Notes under the pieces: generated by a model
Database searches by the model: none
Told to the model about the DNA's origin: nothing
What the model saw: the letters and a program-made list of their open reading frames with translations, nothing else
Shown here: positions 52,547 to 63,022 of the stretch, one piece after another
How positions within the stretch are numbered: the stretch's first letter is position 1
Layout of the letters: each line of letters begins with the position of its first letter
Assembly (NCBI GenBank): GCA_022840825.1
Contig: JALHDB010000001.1
Location: 134,669 to 198,668 of the forward strand
Source of the DNA: Negativicutes bacterium
Lineage (GTDB): Bacteria > Bacillota > Negativicutes > JALHDB01
Direction of reading: 5' to 3'
DNA length: 64,000 nt
Translations under genes and position numbers: made by a program

Positions 52547-54940
52547 ATGGTTGAGAGGGCGGAAAAGTTTTTATTATGGTTTGATGAAATTGGTAAACAA
52601 GATGTTGCCTTAGTGGGCGGTAAGTCAGCTTCACTTGGTGAAATGACATCAAAAACTCATGTTCCGGTACCTTACGGATTTGCAACTACTGCCCAAGCAT
52701 ATCGATATTTTATGGAAAAAAGCGGGTTAACTGATAAAATTGCTGAGTTAGTTAATCAGTTGCAAGATGTAGAAGACAGTAGGCAGTTAAGGGAAGTATG
52801 TTTTAGTATTCGACAGGCTATAATGGCTGCCACAATGCCTGCCGACCTTGAGCAAGCCATCGCGAATGCTTATAGTCAATTAGCGGGCAAGACAGGCGAG
52901 CAGCAACCGTTTGTAGCGGTAAGATCTAGTGCTACTGCCGAAGATTTACCTGATGCGAGCTTTGCCGGTCAGCAAGATACTTATTTAAACGTACAAGGTG
53001 CACAACAAGTGGTTGAAAAAGTAAAAGAGTGCTATGCTTCGACTTTTACTGATCGTGCGGTGTATTATCGGGTCAAAAAGGGTTTTGACCATATGGAAGT
53101 GGCACTGAGTGCGGTTGTGCAAATGATGGTTTTTTCTAAGGCTGCCGGGGTTATGTTTACTGTTGATGTGGCAACCGGAAATGATGCAAATATTTTTATC
53201 GAGGGAGCTTGGGGTTTAGGTGAGTACGTTGTACAAGGCACAGTTACACCGGACAGCTATTTAGTCCGCAAGGATGATTTATTTATTGAGCAGCGGGTTG
53301 TTCATGAAAAGCAAGTAATGCTGGTTAGAAAGACAACCGGTGGATGTGAAGAACAATCGGTACCGTCAGAATTAATTAATCAGCCGGTGTTGACTGATGA
53401 AAAGATAAAACAATTGGCTCAGTTTGCTAAGGATATTGAAATTCATTATGGTTCGTATATGGATATTGAGTGGGCTGTTGATGAACGCACCGACAAGTTG
53501 TGGATTTTGCAAGCCCGGCCGGAAACTGTTTGGTCTAGACGCAATAAGCAGAAAGCTCCGTCAACTGAACAAACGAAACAGATTTCTAATGACAGAAAGG
53601 TGATTGTTAAAGGCCTGCCGGCCAGTCCGGGTAGAGTTGCTGGTAAAGCCCACGTTATTTTAGATCCTTCTTTAATTGACACATTTAAAGAAGGCGAAAT
53701 TCTAGTTACAGAAATGACGGCTCCCGACTGGGTCCCGGCTATGAAAAAAGCTAAGGCAATTGTTACCGATTCGGGTGGTATGACTTGCCATGCTTCAATT
53801 GTCAGTCGAGAATTGGGTATTCCTTGTATCGTTGGAACAAAAAGCCGGGGGCAGGCGGCAACAAAAACAATTCCTGACGGAACGCCAATTACGGTTGATG
53901 CCAGTAATGGAATTGTCTATGAAGGCATCATTGAGGATCTATTGGAAAAGACCACGACCAAAACACAAGAACAAGCTGTAGTAATGATGGAGACGTTCCC
54001 GGTAACCGGCACTAAAGTCTATATGAATTTAGGTGATCCAGATCTAGCCGAAAAGTATGGGGTGTTACCTTGTGACGGAATTGGATTAATGCGGGAAGAG
54101 TTTATCTGGACTACCTATATCCATGAGCATCCGTTGCATTTGATTGAGACAGGAAGATCGGATAAAGTTGTTGAAGGATTAGCAGACGGAATGAGAAAAG
54201 TTTGTCAAGCTTTATCGCCACGTCCGGTAACATTAAGATTTAGCGATTTCAAGTCCAGTGAGTACCGGGATCTGATTGGCGGTGATAAATTTGAGCCTTA
54301 TGAACCAAGCGCCTTATTAGGCTGGCGTGGGGCCTCCCGCTATTACGATCCAAAATATATCGAGGCATTTAAGCTTGAACTGAAGGCAGTCAAAAAAGTT
54401 CGCGAAGAATATGGGTTTAAAAATTTGCATGTTATGATTCCTTTCTGCCGGACAGTACAGGAAGCTGAAAAAGTAACTGCACTGATGACTGCCGAAGGAC
54501 TGCAGCGTAGTGCTGATTTCAAAGTATGGCTAATGGCTGAAATTCCCTCCAATATCATTTTAGCTGATCAGTTTAATAAGTTTGTTGACGGTTATTCCAT
54601 CGGGTCCAATGATTTGACAATGTTGGTAATGGGTTGTGATCGGGATAACGATACTGTCTCACACTTATTTGATGAACGTAATTTAGCGGTAAAACGTACT
54701 ATCCGTCATTTAATTGAAGTAGCTCACCGTGAAGGCAAGACAGTTTCTATATGCGGTCAGGCTCCAAGTGTTTATTCTGACTTTACCGAGTTTTTAATTA
54801 AGAGCGGAATTGACTCTATTTCTGTTAATCCTGATGCCGTAAAGGCAACTAAAAAACTAGTTGCCCAAGTGGAACAAAGAATTATGTTAGATAAGCTTAC
54901 CGGACGTGGAATTGCTGATAAGGAAGATTATACGTGGTAA
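52547..54940 (+). CDS. ppsA: Phosphoenolpyruvate synthase (pyruvate, water dikinase)
   Basis: 797 aa. The N-terminus is PpsA-type (WFDEIGKQDVALVGGKSASLGEM). The central phosphohistidine domain reads GGMTCHASIVSRELGIPCIVG, and a C-terminal PEP-utilising TIM barrel follows. Confidence 0.85.
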   Translation: MVERAEKFLLWFDEIGKQDVALVGGKSASLGEMTSKTHVPVPYGFATTAQAYRYFMEKSGLTDKIAELVNQLQDVEDSRQLREVCFSIRQAIMAATMPADLEQAIANAYSQLAGKTGEQQPFVAVRSSATAEDLPDASFAGQQDTYLNVQGAQQVVEKVKECYASTFTDRAVYYRVKKGFDHMEVALSAVVQMMVFSKAAGVMFTVDVATGNDANIFIEGAWGLGEYVVQGTVTPDSYLVRKDDLFIEQRVVHEKQVMLVRKTTGGCEEQSVPSELINQPVLTDEKIKQLAQFAKDIEIHYGSYMDIEWAVDERTDKLWILQARPETVWSRRNKQKAPSTEQTKQISNDRKVIVKGLPASPGRVAGKAHVILDPSLIDTFKEGEILVTEMTAPDWVPAMKKAKAIVTDSGGMTCHASIVSRELGIPCIVGTKSRGQAATKTIPDGTPITVDASNGIVYEGIIEDLLEKTTTKTQEQAVVMMETFPVTGTKVYMNLGDPDLAEKYGVLPCDGIGLMREEFIWTTYIHEHPLHLIETGRSDKVVEGLADGMRKVCQALSPRPVTLRFSDFKSSEYRDLIGGDKFEPYEPSALLGWRGASRYYDPKYIEAFKLELKAVKKVREEYGFKNLHVMIPFCRTVQEAEKVTALMTAEGLQRSADFKVWLMAEIPSNIILADQFNKFVDGYSIGSNDLTMLVMGCDRDNDTVSHLFDERNLAVKRTIRHLIEVAHREGKTVSICGQAPSVYSDFTEFLIKSGIDSISVNPDAVKATKKLVAQVEQRIMLDKLTGRGIADKEDYTW

Positions 54941-54989
54941 TTATGCACTGTTGGCAGTAAAGGTTAATTAGTTGTAATAAAAAATTACA

Positions 54990-55046
54990 GAAGCTCCCGT
55001 TGATTTGTACCGTTACCCTGTACATAATTACGGGAGTTTTATTTAT
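54990..55046 (+). terminator. Putative terminator after ppsA
   Basis: CTCCCGT ... ACGGGAG stem followed by TTTTATTT. Confidence 0.5.
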
Positions 55047-55246
55047 ATACTATGTTTGAATTGCAGTTTAAGCAGTAATCCGAGTATGACCGATATAATC
55101 AAATTAGATATATTGGTGATGCGCTGAACAGATAGCTGATCACTAAATTTAGGTCGATCTTGGAGGAATTATCTGCACTATAGCGTATACTAATTATTGT
55201 CGAATATACAATAATATTTAGCAGGTGATCCGTACTAGAGGAAGGG

Positions 55247-55900
55247 GTGTTGAATATCGCATTAACACCGCGCCAAAAAAAAATTGCAGAGATTGTAAGA
55301 GTAGAAGGGCCAATTACCGGTGACCAAATAGCGGTGAAATTGAACGTGACAAGAGCTGCCCTTAGGCCGGACTTAGCGATACTGGTAATGTCAGGTATCC
55401 TAGATGCCAGGCCCAGAGTGGGATATTTTTTTACCGGTAAAAATACTTTTAGTATGCTTAAGGAAGAAGTCAGCACGATGAAAGTGCGTGATGTACAGTC
55501 TGTACCGGTAGTGGTTCAAAGCGATACGACCGCTTACGACACTATAATGGCTATGTTCTTAGAAGATGTCGGCACCGTTTTTATTGTGGAGCCGGGTGGG
55601 ATACTTGCCGGGGTCGTATCACGCAAGGATTTATTAAAAGCGGCGATGGGTGCTAGTAGTGACTTGCAAAAAATGCCAATAAAAGTACTTATGACACCGT
55701 TAACGAAGATGGTTATAACAACGCCGGACGAATCGGTATTGTTGGCAGCCAAAAAGATGATTGATTATGAAGTTGACGGGTTACCGGTTGTGCGCATTGT
55801 AAATGAAAATGACAAAAAATTATTCGAAGTGATTGGAAGATTAACCAAAACTAATATCACACGATTGTTTGTCGAATTAGGTGAAGGAAAAAGGGGGTAA
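55247..55900 (+). CDS. ccpN: CcpN-type transcriptional repressor (HTH + CBS pair)
   Basis: 217 aa with an N-terminal HTH and tandem CBS domains. It is adjacent to yqfL as in B. subtilis (yqzB). Confidence 0.85.
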   Translation: MLNIALTPRQKKIAEIVRVEGPITGDQIAVKLNVTRAALRPDLAILVMSGILDARPRVGYFFTGKNTFSMLKEEVSTMKVRDVQSVPVVVQSDTTAYDTIMAMFLEDVGTVFIVEPGGILAGVVSRKDLLKAAMGASSDLQKMPIKVLMTPLTKMVITTPDESVLLAAKKMIDYEVDGLPVVRIVNENDKKLFEVIGRLTKTNITRLFVELGEGKRG

Positions 55901-55905
55901 CAGTT

Positions 55906-56718
55906 ATAACTAGTTTACCAATTATTTATGCGATATCAGATTCAATCGGAGAAACAGCAGAAATGGTAGCAAGGGCAACGGCCAGTCAGTTTGATTCAGG
56001 AAAATTTGATATAATTCGTATTCCTTATATTCAAACAGCTGAGCAAATAGAGGAAACTTTTCTAGAAGCAAAAAAAAATTACGGGATTATTTGCCATACA
56101 ATTGTTTCGCCGGAGCTTCGTAAGGTGCTGTTAGATAAGGCGGCCGAACATGATATAACAACCGTTGATATTATGGGGCCAATGATTGAAGCGGTTCAGG
56201 CAGTTTCTGGCTTATTGCCGAAAAATAAAGCCGGGTTGATCCACACTTTAGACCAGGAATATTTTAAAAGAGTGGAAGCTATCGAATTTGCTGTAAAATA
56301 TGATGACGGTAAGAATCCTTGGGGTTTATTAAAAGCAGATGTAGTAATGATTGGCGTTTCCCGCACTTCTAAGACACCATTAAGCATGTATCTTGCTCAT
56401 AAGAGACTTAAAGTGGCAAATGTACCGCTGGTTCCGGAAGTTCCTCCACCCGAGGAATTATTTCAAATTCCTGCAAATCGGATTATTGGGCTAATCATCG
56501 ATCCGTTCAAATTAAATGAGATAAGATCAGAACGCCTCAAAACTATGGGGTTAGGCTCGGATGCCAGTTATGCTAATTTAGAACGAATCATGGATGAATT
56601 AGAATATGCTAAAGCAATTATGCGGAAATTGCATTGTATTGTAATTGATGTATCAAATAAGGCTATTGAGGAAACTGCCAATAAAGTATTAGAATATGTT
56701 CAAAAAATACCCAAATAA
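55906..56718 (+). CDS. yqfL: PEP synthase / pyruvate phosphate dikinase regulatory protein (bifunctional kinase-pyrophosphorylase, DUF299, YqfL)
   Basis: The conserved N-terminal motif PIIYAISDSIGETAE is encoded upstream of the first ATG (55963). The true start is therefore non-canonical (ATA at 55906, GTT at 55903, or ATT at 55921/55924) after RBS AAGGGGGT. P-loop GVSRTSKTP is present. Confidence 0.75.
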   Translation: MTSLPIIYAISDSIGETAEMVARATASQFDSGKFDIIRIPYIQTAEQIEETFLEAKKNYGIICHTIVSPELRKVLLDKAAEHDITTVDIMGPMIEAVQAVSGLLPKNKAGLIHTLDQEYFKRVEAIEFAVKYDDGKNPWGLLKADVVMIGVSRTSKTPLSMYLAHKRLKVANVPLVPEVPPPEELFQIPANRIIGLIIDPFKLNEIRSERLKTMGLGSDASYANLERIMDELEYAKAIMRKLHCIVIDVSNKAIEETANKVLEYVQKIPK

Positions 56719-56720
56719 AT

Positions 56721-56750
56721 AAGCCCCCGTTCCACGGGGGGCTGTTTCAT
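56721..56750 (+). terminator. Bidirectional terminator between yqfL and the convergent OstA-like gene
   Basis: AGCCCCCG-loop-CGGGGGGCT with flanking T and A runs. Confidence 0.75.
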
Positions 56751-57244
56751 AATTTATCAGTTAGAATAGTATCTGTTACAACATTATACTTCAATAAATC
56801 GGCAGTCAAGGTATGGTTATCTTTAGTTACCTTTACATTACCAGTGAATGTTGCAATTTTATTTTTCCAATTAAAATTAACTTTGTCAGCGGTAATATCG
56901 ATCAGTGGTCGAGATAGGTGGACACCGCCGTCAATTTTGGCGATGTGTTTTTTGCCGTAAACATAAACACTTTGACCGTTAAAAAAGATATCATTTTGTT
57001 TTAAAGTAATCCCGCCTGTTCCCCATACCTCCATCGACAACATATCAACTCGGGCCTGGTCGGCTGTTATTATGCGATCTTTTACTTCTATGTAAACATG
57101 TCCTTTTAACACATATAGACCGGTTTTAAAGTCTAGATACTGCTTATCAGATTTAATTATTGGTTTTGCTGCATAACTTATGTTCGTTGAGAACAGTAAA
57201 GCCGTTATTATTAGAAAGCTAAGCCAAAAAGATTTTTTTACCAT
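56747..57244 (-). CDS. Secreted OstA/LptA-like (LptC-related) beta-jellyroll protein with signal peptide
   Basis: RBS AAGAGGTG is 7 nt from ATG at 57244. The signal peptide is MVKKSFWLSFLIITALLFSTNISYAAKP. The repeated beta-strand pattern and GNVKVTKDNHTLTAD resemble the LptA/OstA N-terminal domain. Confidence 0.55.
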   Translation of the reverse strand: MVKKSFWLSFLIITALLFSTNISYAAKPIIKSDKQYLDFKTGLYVLKGHVYIEVKDRIITADQARVDMLSMEVWGTGGITLKQNDIFFNGQSVYVYGKKHIAKIDGGVHLSRPLIDITADKVNFNWKNKIATFTGNVKVTKDNHTLTADLLKYNVVTDTILTDKL

Positions 57245-57341
57245 CAAATTCACCTCTTAATAATTATAACAAAAGATCTAAGTATTTTTCCAGAGTAATA
57301 TCTGGAACGAATAGAAATAAACTTATGATGGGAGTTATCTT

Positions 57342-58337
57342 ATGTTGGTTAGGGAGCGTACTGAAAAACTGGAATATCAGCAATTGTCACCATCAGCTGC
57401 CAAAAGCAGAGAGGCTGTCCGCAAACTGGAGGAAGAGCAGTGCCCGTTCCGGACTGATTTCCAGCGTGACCGGGACCGGATAATACATAGTAAGGCTTTT
57501 AGACGGATGAAACATAAAACGCAGGTATATATTGCGCCTGGCGATCATTATCGGATGCGAATGACTCACAGCCTGGAGGTAGCTCAAATATCACGGACAA
57601 TTGCTCGTGGATTGCTGTTAAACGAAGATCTAACCGAGGCTATTGCCTTGGGACACGATGTAGGTCACACCCCGTTTGGTCATGCCGGGGAATATGCTCT
57701 GCGTGAAATTATCGGACATTTTTACCATAATGAACAAAGTTTGCGAGTTGTGGAATTTATTGAGCGAGACGGCCAGGGGCTGAATCTTACCGTGCAAGTA
57801 AAAAATGGCATATTGAACCATACCGGCAATACGTTGCCGGAGACATTGGAAGCTAGAATCGTTAGAATCGGTGACCGTATTGCTTACCTATGTCACGATT
57901 TTGATGACAGTATGCGAGCCGGAATGATAAATGCGAATGATTTACCGGAAATAGTATCAACGGTGTTGGGCTCCAGACCTTCATTGATGATTACGGCAAT
58001 GGTATCGGATATTATAACTTCTTCAGCAGGTAAAAATGATATATATGTATCAGCGGTTGTGCAGGAGGCGATGGATGAATTTCGCAATTTTATGTTTGAA
58101 ACTGTGTACTATTCTTCTGCACTAGAACCGGAACGGAGTAAAGCGCAATATGTTATTCATAAGTTATTTGATTTTTATATGTCCAATAACAATCTTCTTC
58201 CGCAAGAATATATTACAAGAATTAATAAATGGGGTTTAACAACAGTCGTGGCCGATTATATTGCCGGACTTACAGATGTCTATGCGATTGAATTATTTAA
58301 TAATTTATTTATCCCGAAGTACCGTGCATATAAGTGA
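57342..58337 (+). CDS. dGTP triphosphohydrolase-like HD-domain protein
   Basis: The HD motifs HSLEVAQISRTIA and GHDVGHTPFGHAGE are present. 331 aa. Confidence 0.85.
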   Translation: MLVRERTEKLEYQQLSPSAAKSREAVRKLEEEQCPFRTDFQRDRDRIIHSKAFRRMKHKTQVYIAPGDHYRMRMTHSLEVAQISRTIARGLLLNEDLTEAIALGHDVGHTPFGHAGEYALREIIGHFYHNEQSLRVVEFIERDGQGLNLTVQVKNGILNHTGNTLPETLEARIVRIGDRIAYLCHDFDDSMRAGMINANDLPEIVSTVLGSRPSLMITAMVSDIITSSAGKNDIYVSAVVQEAMDEFRNFMFETVYYSSALEPERSKAQYVIHKLFDFYMSNNNLLPQEYITRINKWGLTTVVADYIAGLTDVYAIELFNNLFIPKYRAYK

Positions 58338-58543
58338 ACTTTTTTAAGCCCACCATGAATATTCATTATATGTTTGTCAAGAGGACAAAAGAGGAGATTT
58401 GTATTTTATATTGAATTATAAAGCATAGTGTCATTTTAAAACAAATTTTTACTGGTTGATACAGAACAGCAGGAGAATATTTGTTTTCGTAGAATAACCT
58501 GCGAGTGTGTCTAATTTTGTGCGCCTTTATTAAGGATGATGTA

Positions 58544-60337
58544 ATGAAAGACAATAGTTTAGATGATTTTATTGAGAATGTACGTGCACAGAGTGATATT
58601 GTTAGTGTGATAGCGGGCTATGTTTCTTTGCATAAAAGAGGGAAAAATTTTTGGGGATGTTGTCCTTTTCACCATGAAAAAACTCCATCGTTTTCGGTAT
58701 CGCCGGAAAAGGGTTTTTTCTATTGCTTCGGTTGCCATACCGGTGGAAATGTTTTTAATTTTGTAATGAAAATTGAAAATATTGCTTTTTTAGAGGCAGT
58801 AAAATTATTGGCAAGACGGTCCAACATACCATTTCCAGAGAAACATAAAACGCCTGCTGAAATGGCTAAAGAACATGAAACCGCACAATTGTTCAAAGCT
58901 TTAGAATTAGCTAAGAATTTTTTCCAAGCCTGTTTAGTGAAGACATCTTTTGGGACGCAAGCCAGAAATTATTTGGTAAAGCGGGGAATATCAAAAGATT
59001 TGATGGAAAAATTTCAATTAGGCTATGCACCGCCATTATGGGATAAACTATTAAATGCTTTAACTGAACGCGGCTTTGAAATCGATACTTTAGCAAAAGC
59101 CGGACTTATTGTTAAAAGAACTTCCGGCGATGGTTATTATGATCGGTTTCGTGATCGCATAATGTATCCCATCAGTGATATTCGTGGCCGAATTATTGGT
59201 TTTGGTGGCCGGGTGCTTAATGAAGGACAGCCGAAGTACCTAAACTCTCCGGAAACTGAAATTTTTAACAAGCGAAATACTCTATATGGCTTAGATAAAG
59301 CTTATCATAGTATACGTAGTTTAGGGAATGTTATTGTTGTTGAAGGCTACATGGATGTGATTTCATTGCATTCAGTTGGTATTACAAATGCTGTTGCTTC
59401 ACTCGGAACAGCATTTTCGGTTGAGCAGGCAAGAACTTTAAGGCATTATGCACAAGAAATCTATTTTGCTTATGACAGTGATGCAGCCGGACAAAATGCT
59501 ACTTTACGGGCTCTGTCAACGGTTAGAGCCATGGGGATCCCCATCAAGGTAATAACTATTCCTGATGGAAAAGATCCGGATGAATTTATTCGCAAACATG
59601 GACGGGAATCTTTTGATGTAATATTGAAAGAAGCGATATCATTATTAGACTTTCAGCTCCAGTTTGCACTTCGTAATCATGATATATCGACATTAGAAGG
59701 TAAAGTTGCCGTAGTATCGCAAGTTGTTCCGATACTGTCTGATGTTGATAATGCGGTAGAAGTGAATTATTATATCACGCATTTGTCCAAACTGCTTTCA
59801 ATAGATGAAAGTGCGATATTAAGTGAATATCGAAAATATATAAATAAAAAGGATAAAAATGTAAATATCGGTCAAACTAACTATAATAGGATTCCTAAAG
59901 ATGGTCTTAACCCTGCTTGTACTCAAGCTGAACGGCAGATTATCCGGTTTATGTTTGACGATATTGGATTAATTCCTTATGTTATGGCTCAATTGCCTAT
60001 TGAAGAGATTTATGATTCGAGCCGGAAAGAGATAATTGATTTAATATATAATGAGTATAATATAGGAAAATCAGCAGATCCTTCCCGGATCGTCCATAAG
60101 CTAAGCGACGAGGGCAAAAATGAATTATCTTTGATTATGTTATTAAATTCAGATTGTACTGATATAACTCGTGTTGTCGACGATTGTATGAAGACGATAC
60201 ATTTAGCACATTTACACGTTTTATATGAGCAACATCGGCTGCGGGCTGATGAATTAGAACGTATGGGGGATAGCGACTATCTGCAGGAATTGGCGGAAAG
60301 TCAACGAATTAAGAATGAAATCAAAAAACTACATTAA
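58544..60337 (+). CDS. dnaG: DNA primase
   Basis: The zinc-ribbon [15 protein letters not shown]...CFGC is followed by a TOPRIM domain (EGYMDVI). The ATG is at 58544. Confidence 0.93.
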   Translation: MKDNSLDDFIENVRAQSDIVSVIAGYVSLHKRGKNFWGCCPFHHEKTPSFSVSPEKGFFYCFGCHTGGNVFNFVMKIENIAFLEAVKLLARRSNIPFPEKHKTPAEMAKEHETAQLFKALELAKNFFQACLVKTSFGTQARNYLVKRGISKDLMEKFQLGYAPPLWDKLLNALTERGFEIDTLAKAGLIVKRTSGDGYYDRFRDRIMYPISDIRGRIIGFGGRVLNEGQPKYLNSPETEIFNKRNTLYGLDKAYHSIRSLGNVIVVEGYMDVISLHSVGITNAVASLGTAFSVEQARTLRHYAQEIYFAYDSDAAGQNATLRALSTVRAMGIPIKVITIPDGKDPDEFIRKHGRESFDVILKEAISLLDFQLQFALRNHDISTLEGKVAVVSQVVPILSDVDNAVEVNYYITHLSKLLSIDESAILSEYRKYINKKDKNVNIGQTNYNRIPKDGLNPACTQAERQIIRFMFDDIGLIPYVMAQLPIEEIYDSSRKEIIDLIYNEYNIGKSADPSRIVHKLSDEGKNELSLIMLLNSDCTDITRVVDDCMKTIHLAHLHVLYEQHRLRADELERMGDSDYLQELAESQRIKNEIKKLH

Positions 60338-60381
60338 CCGAATTGAGATTATTGATATTGTTGATGGAAGGAGGGAGTACG

Positions 60382-61950
60382 ATGACGGAGAAAAAACAAT
60401 TACCTACTGAGCAGGTTAACGAATTATTGCATAAGGGCAGAAAACGTGGCGGCGTATTGACATATTCAGAAATCATGGACAGTATGCAAGGCGAAGATTT
60501 GTCGCCGGATGACATGGATGATATGTACGAAATTTTTATTAATAAAGGAATTGAAATTGTTGATGAACTTCCGGAAAATGAAACCATAGATGTTCCGGGA
60601 TTAGAACTTGACGGGAATACGGAAGAAGTCGATATTGATCTTTCTATCCCGGAAGGGATCAACATAGATGATCCTGTTCGTATGTATCTGAAAGAAATCG
60701 GTCGAGTACCCCTGCTAACAGGTGAAGACGAAATTAAATTGGCTAAGCGCATGGATAAGGGTAATCAAGCTACCGAGTTTATTGATAAGATGATGGGTAT
60801 TGATAATTCTTCTAATAGTACCGACAGCGAGATAAATGAAATTTTAGCCAATATTAAAGCGGATATAAGTGAAGAAGAAACCTTTATGTTAAGGCGCGAT
60901 GCACATACGATTTTATTTCAATTAGTGCAATTAGCTAATCAGGGTAACGGCAAATTAAAGTTTGGCGTTGTGCAATCGGCTTGTGATGAATTAACACAGG
61001 ATGAATTAAAATATATTACTCGTGGACTAGGAATGAAAGGAATTGAAATTACTCCTGACGGTATTGATAATAAAGAAGGCCTATCAGCACCGGAAATTAA
61101 TAAATTAGAAGCAATTTTTAATTATTTTGACGGTATCGGCAATGTAACCGATTCTAGTTTGATTAATGAATACTCAGCCCTTAAAGGCCAGTATATAAAG
61201 CTTTTGCATAAGTTAGTTGAACAAGGTGAGACTTCGAAGCGCAGCCTATCTGAAGCTAATTTACGGCTAGTTGTAAGTATAGCTAAGCGCTATGTAGGAC
61301 GGGGAATGTTATTTCTGGATTTAATTCAGGAAGGCAATTTAGGCCTGATAAAAGCCGTAGAAAAATTTGACTATAACAAAGGATATAAATTCAGCACCTA
61401 TGCAACTTGGTGGATTCGACAAGCAATTACCAGAGCAATTGCCGATCAAGCCAGAACAATTCGTATACCTGTTCATATGGTCGAGACAATCAATAAATTG
61501 ATTCGAGTTTCGCGCCAATTATTGCAAGAATTGGGCCGAGAACCCTCGCCGGAAGAAATTGCCCGTGAAATGGATATAACTGTAGACCGGGTACGCGAGA
61601 TTATGAAAATTGCTCAAGAACCGGTTTCTCTAGAAACACCAATTGGTGAAGAAGAAGATTCTCATTTGGGTGATTTTATTGAAGATCAAGATGCACCGGC
61701 ACCTGCTGAAGCCGCATCGTTTATTTTGCTCAAAGAGCAGTTGGAAGAAGTGCTGGAAACATTGACAGCCAGAGAGAAGAAAGTGCTTCAACTTCGCTTT
61801 GGTTTGGAAGACGGCAGGGCTCGTACTTTGGAAGAGGTCGGTCAGCATTTTGGCGTAACCCGGGAAAGAATACGTCAAATTGAAGCGAAAGCATTACGTA
61901 AACTCAGGCACCCAAGCAGGAGCAAAAAGCTTAAAGATTTTCTTGAGTAA
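60382..61950 (+). CDS. sigA: RNA polymerase sigma factor SigA (RpoD)
   Basis: RBS GGAGGAGGGAG then ATG. Regions 2.4 through 4.2 are present ([27 protein letters not shown]; [30 protein letters not shown]). Confidence 0.95.
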   Translation: MTEKKQLPTEQVNELLHKGRKRGGVLTYSEIMDSMQGEDLSPDDMDDMYEIFINKGIEIVDELPENETIDVPGLELDGNTEEVDIDLSIPEGINIDDPVRMYLKEIGRVPLLTGEDEIKLAKRMDKGNQATEFIDKMMGIDNSSNSTDSEINEILANIKADISEEETFMLRRDAHTILFQLVQLANQGNGKLKFGVVQSACDELTQDELKYITRGLGMKGIEITPDGIDNKEGLSAPEINKLEAIFNYFDGIGNVTDSSLINEYSALKGQYIKLLHKLVEQGETSKRSLSEANLRLVVSIAKRYVGRGMLFLDLIQEGNLGLIKAVEKFDYNKGYKFSTYATWWIRQAITRAIADQARTIRIPVHMVETINKLIRVSRQLLQELGREPSPEEIAREMDITVDRVREIMKIAQEPVSLETPIGEEEDSHLGDFIEDQDAPAPAEAASFILLKEQLEEVLETLTAREKKVLQLRFGLEDGRARTLEEVGQHFGVTRERIRQIEAKALRKLRHPSRSKKLKDFLE

Positions 61951-61967
61951 AATCAAATCTTTGGTAC

Positions 61968-61996
61968 TTGACGTTATGGTTACTTTGTTTTATAAT
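61968..61996 (+). promoter_or_regulatory. Consensus sigmaA promoter (TTGACG-17-TATAAT) driving the tRNA pair
   Basis: -35 at 61968-61973 and -10 at 61991-61996. The tRNA begins about 20 nt downstream. Confidence 0.75.
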
Positions 61997-62017
61997 AAAT
62001 TTTGTTGACTGTAATGT

Positions 62018-62092
62018 TCCTCGATAGCTCAATGGTAGAGCACTCGGCTGTTAACCGAGTGGTTGTAGGTTCGAGTCCTACTCGAGGAGCCA
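62018..62092 (+). tRNA. tRNA-Asn (anticodon GUU)
   Basis: The cloverleaf was folded by hand. The acceptor stem is TCCTCGA/TCGAGGA and the anticodon loop is CTGTTAA. T-arm GGTTCGAGTCC and an encoded CCA are present. Confidence 0.85.
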
Positions 62093-62099
62093 AATATTT

Positions 62100-62174
62100 G
62101 GGCCTATAGCTCAGCGGTAGAGCAGCCGGCTCATAACCGGCTGGTCCCTGGTTCGATCCCAGGTGGGCCCACCA
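62100..62174 (+). tRNA. tRNA with CAU anticodon (elongator tRNA-Met, or lysidine-modified tRNA-Ile2)
   Basis: The cloverleaf was folded by hand. The anticodon loop is CTCATAA, a G1-C72 pair is present (so it is not an initiator), and CCA is encoded. Confidence 0.8.
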
Positions 62175-62192
62175 CTTATATATTAAAGAATT

Positions 62193-62216
62193 GCGAAGCT
62201 TAGCTTCGCTTTTTTG
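62193..62216 (+). terminator. Intrinsic terminator after the tRNA pair
   Basis: GCGAAGC-tta-GCTTCGC followed by TTTTTT. Confidence 0.8.
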
Positions 62217-62332
62217 CTATTTTTTAGTTTTATGGTTAATATAATCATAATCAGACTCACCGGATTTATAATATCAATAACTACAACAGGAATTATCCTA
62301 TTTTTAGCGAAGAGTATGAGGAGGAGAATTCA

Positions 62333-63022
62333 TTGAATTTGCATGCCAGACTGGCTGCTATTGCTGCAATGATTCCTTACGGGGCGCGGGTTGCTGATAT
62401 TGGTACAGATCATGCTTACTTGCCTGTGTATCTAGTGGAAAAGGAAATAATACCAATGGCCATTGCCAGTGATGTGAGTGAGGGGCCATTAAGTATTGCA
62501 AGAAAGACGGTACAGCAAAGAAATTTTACTGATAGAATTGATTTACGGCTTGGTAATGGTTTGGATGTTATTACTCCCGGAGAAGTTGATGTAATTGTTA
62601 TTGCCGGAATGGGGGGCTCAACAATTGTTGAAATCTTAAACAGCCGCCTGTCAATTACGAAATCTTTGCAACGGCTGATATTGCAGCCGATGGCGGCAAG
62701 TGCTGTATTGAGGTTCTGGCTGATTATGAATCAATGGACTATAGTTGATGAACAATTAGTGATTGAAGATGACCGTTTGTATGAAATTATTGCTGCCCAG
62801 CCAGGAGAAAGCCAACTCGAGGATCCAATTTTGTATGATATAGGTCCTATATTGTGGCACCGAAAGCATCCGCTCCTAATAATGCACTTAGATAAGTTGA
62901 TCGATAAACTAAATATTATTATTCAAGAAATGAAATTGAGCCAAACTGCGGTTAGTACTGACAAATTCCAACAGTATGTAGCAAAACGTAAAAGATTGGA
63001 GGAAATGCGAGCATGTCTGTAA
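62333..63022 (+). CDS. trmK: tRNA (adenine22-N1)-methyltransferase TrmK (YqfN)
   Basis: The N-terminus ADIGTDHAYLPVYL and the class I SAM MTase fold match TrmK. Its position before nif3 matches Bacillus. Confidence 0.85.
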   Translation: MNLHARLAAIAAMIPYGARVADIGTDHAYLPVYLVEKEIIPMAIASDVSEGPLSIARKTVQQRNFTDRIDLRLGNGLDVITPGEVDVIVIAGMGGSTIVEILNSRLSITKSLQRLILQPMAASAVLRFWLIMNQWTIVDEQLVIEDDRLYEIIAAQPGESQLEDPILYDIGPILWHRKHPLLIMHLDKLIDKLNIIIQEMKLSQTAVSTDKFQQYVAKRKRLEEMRACL

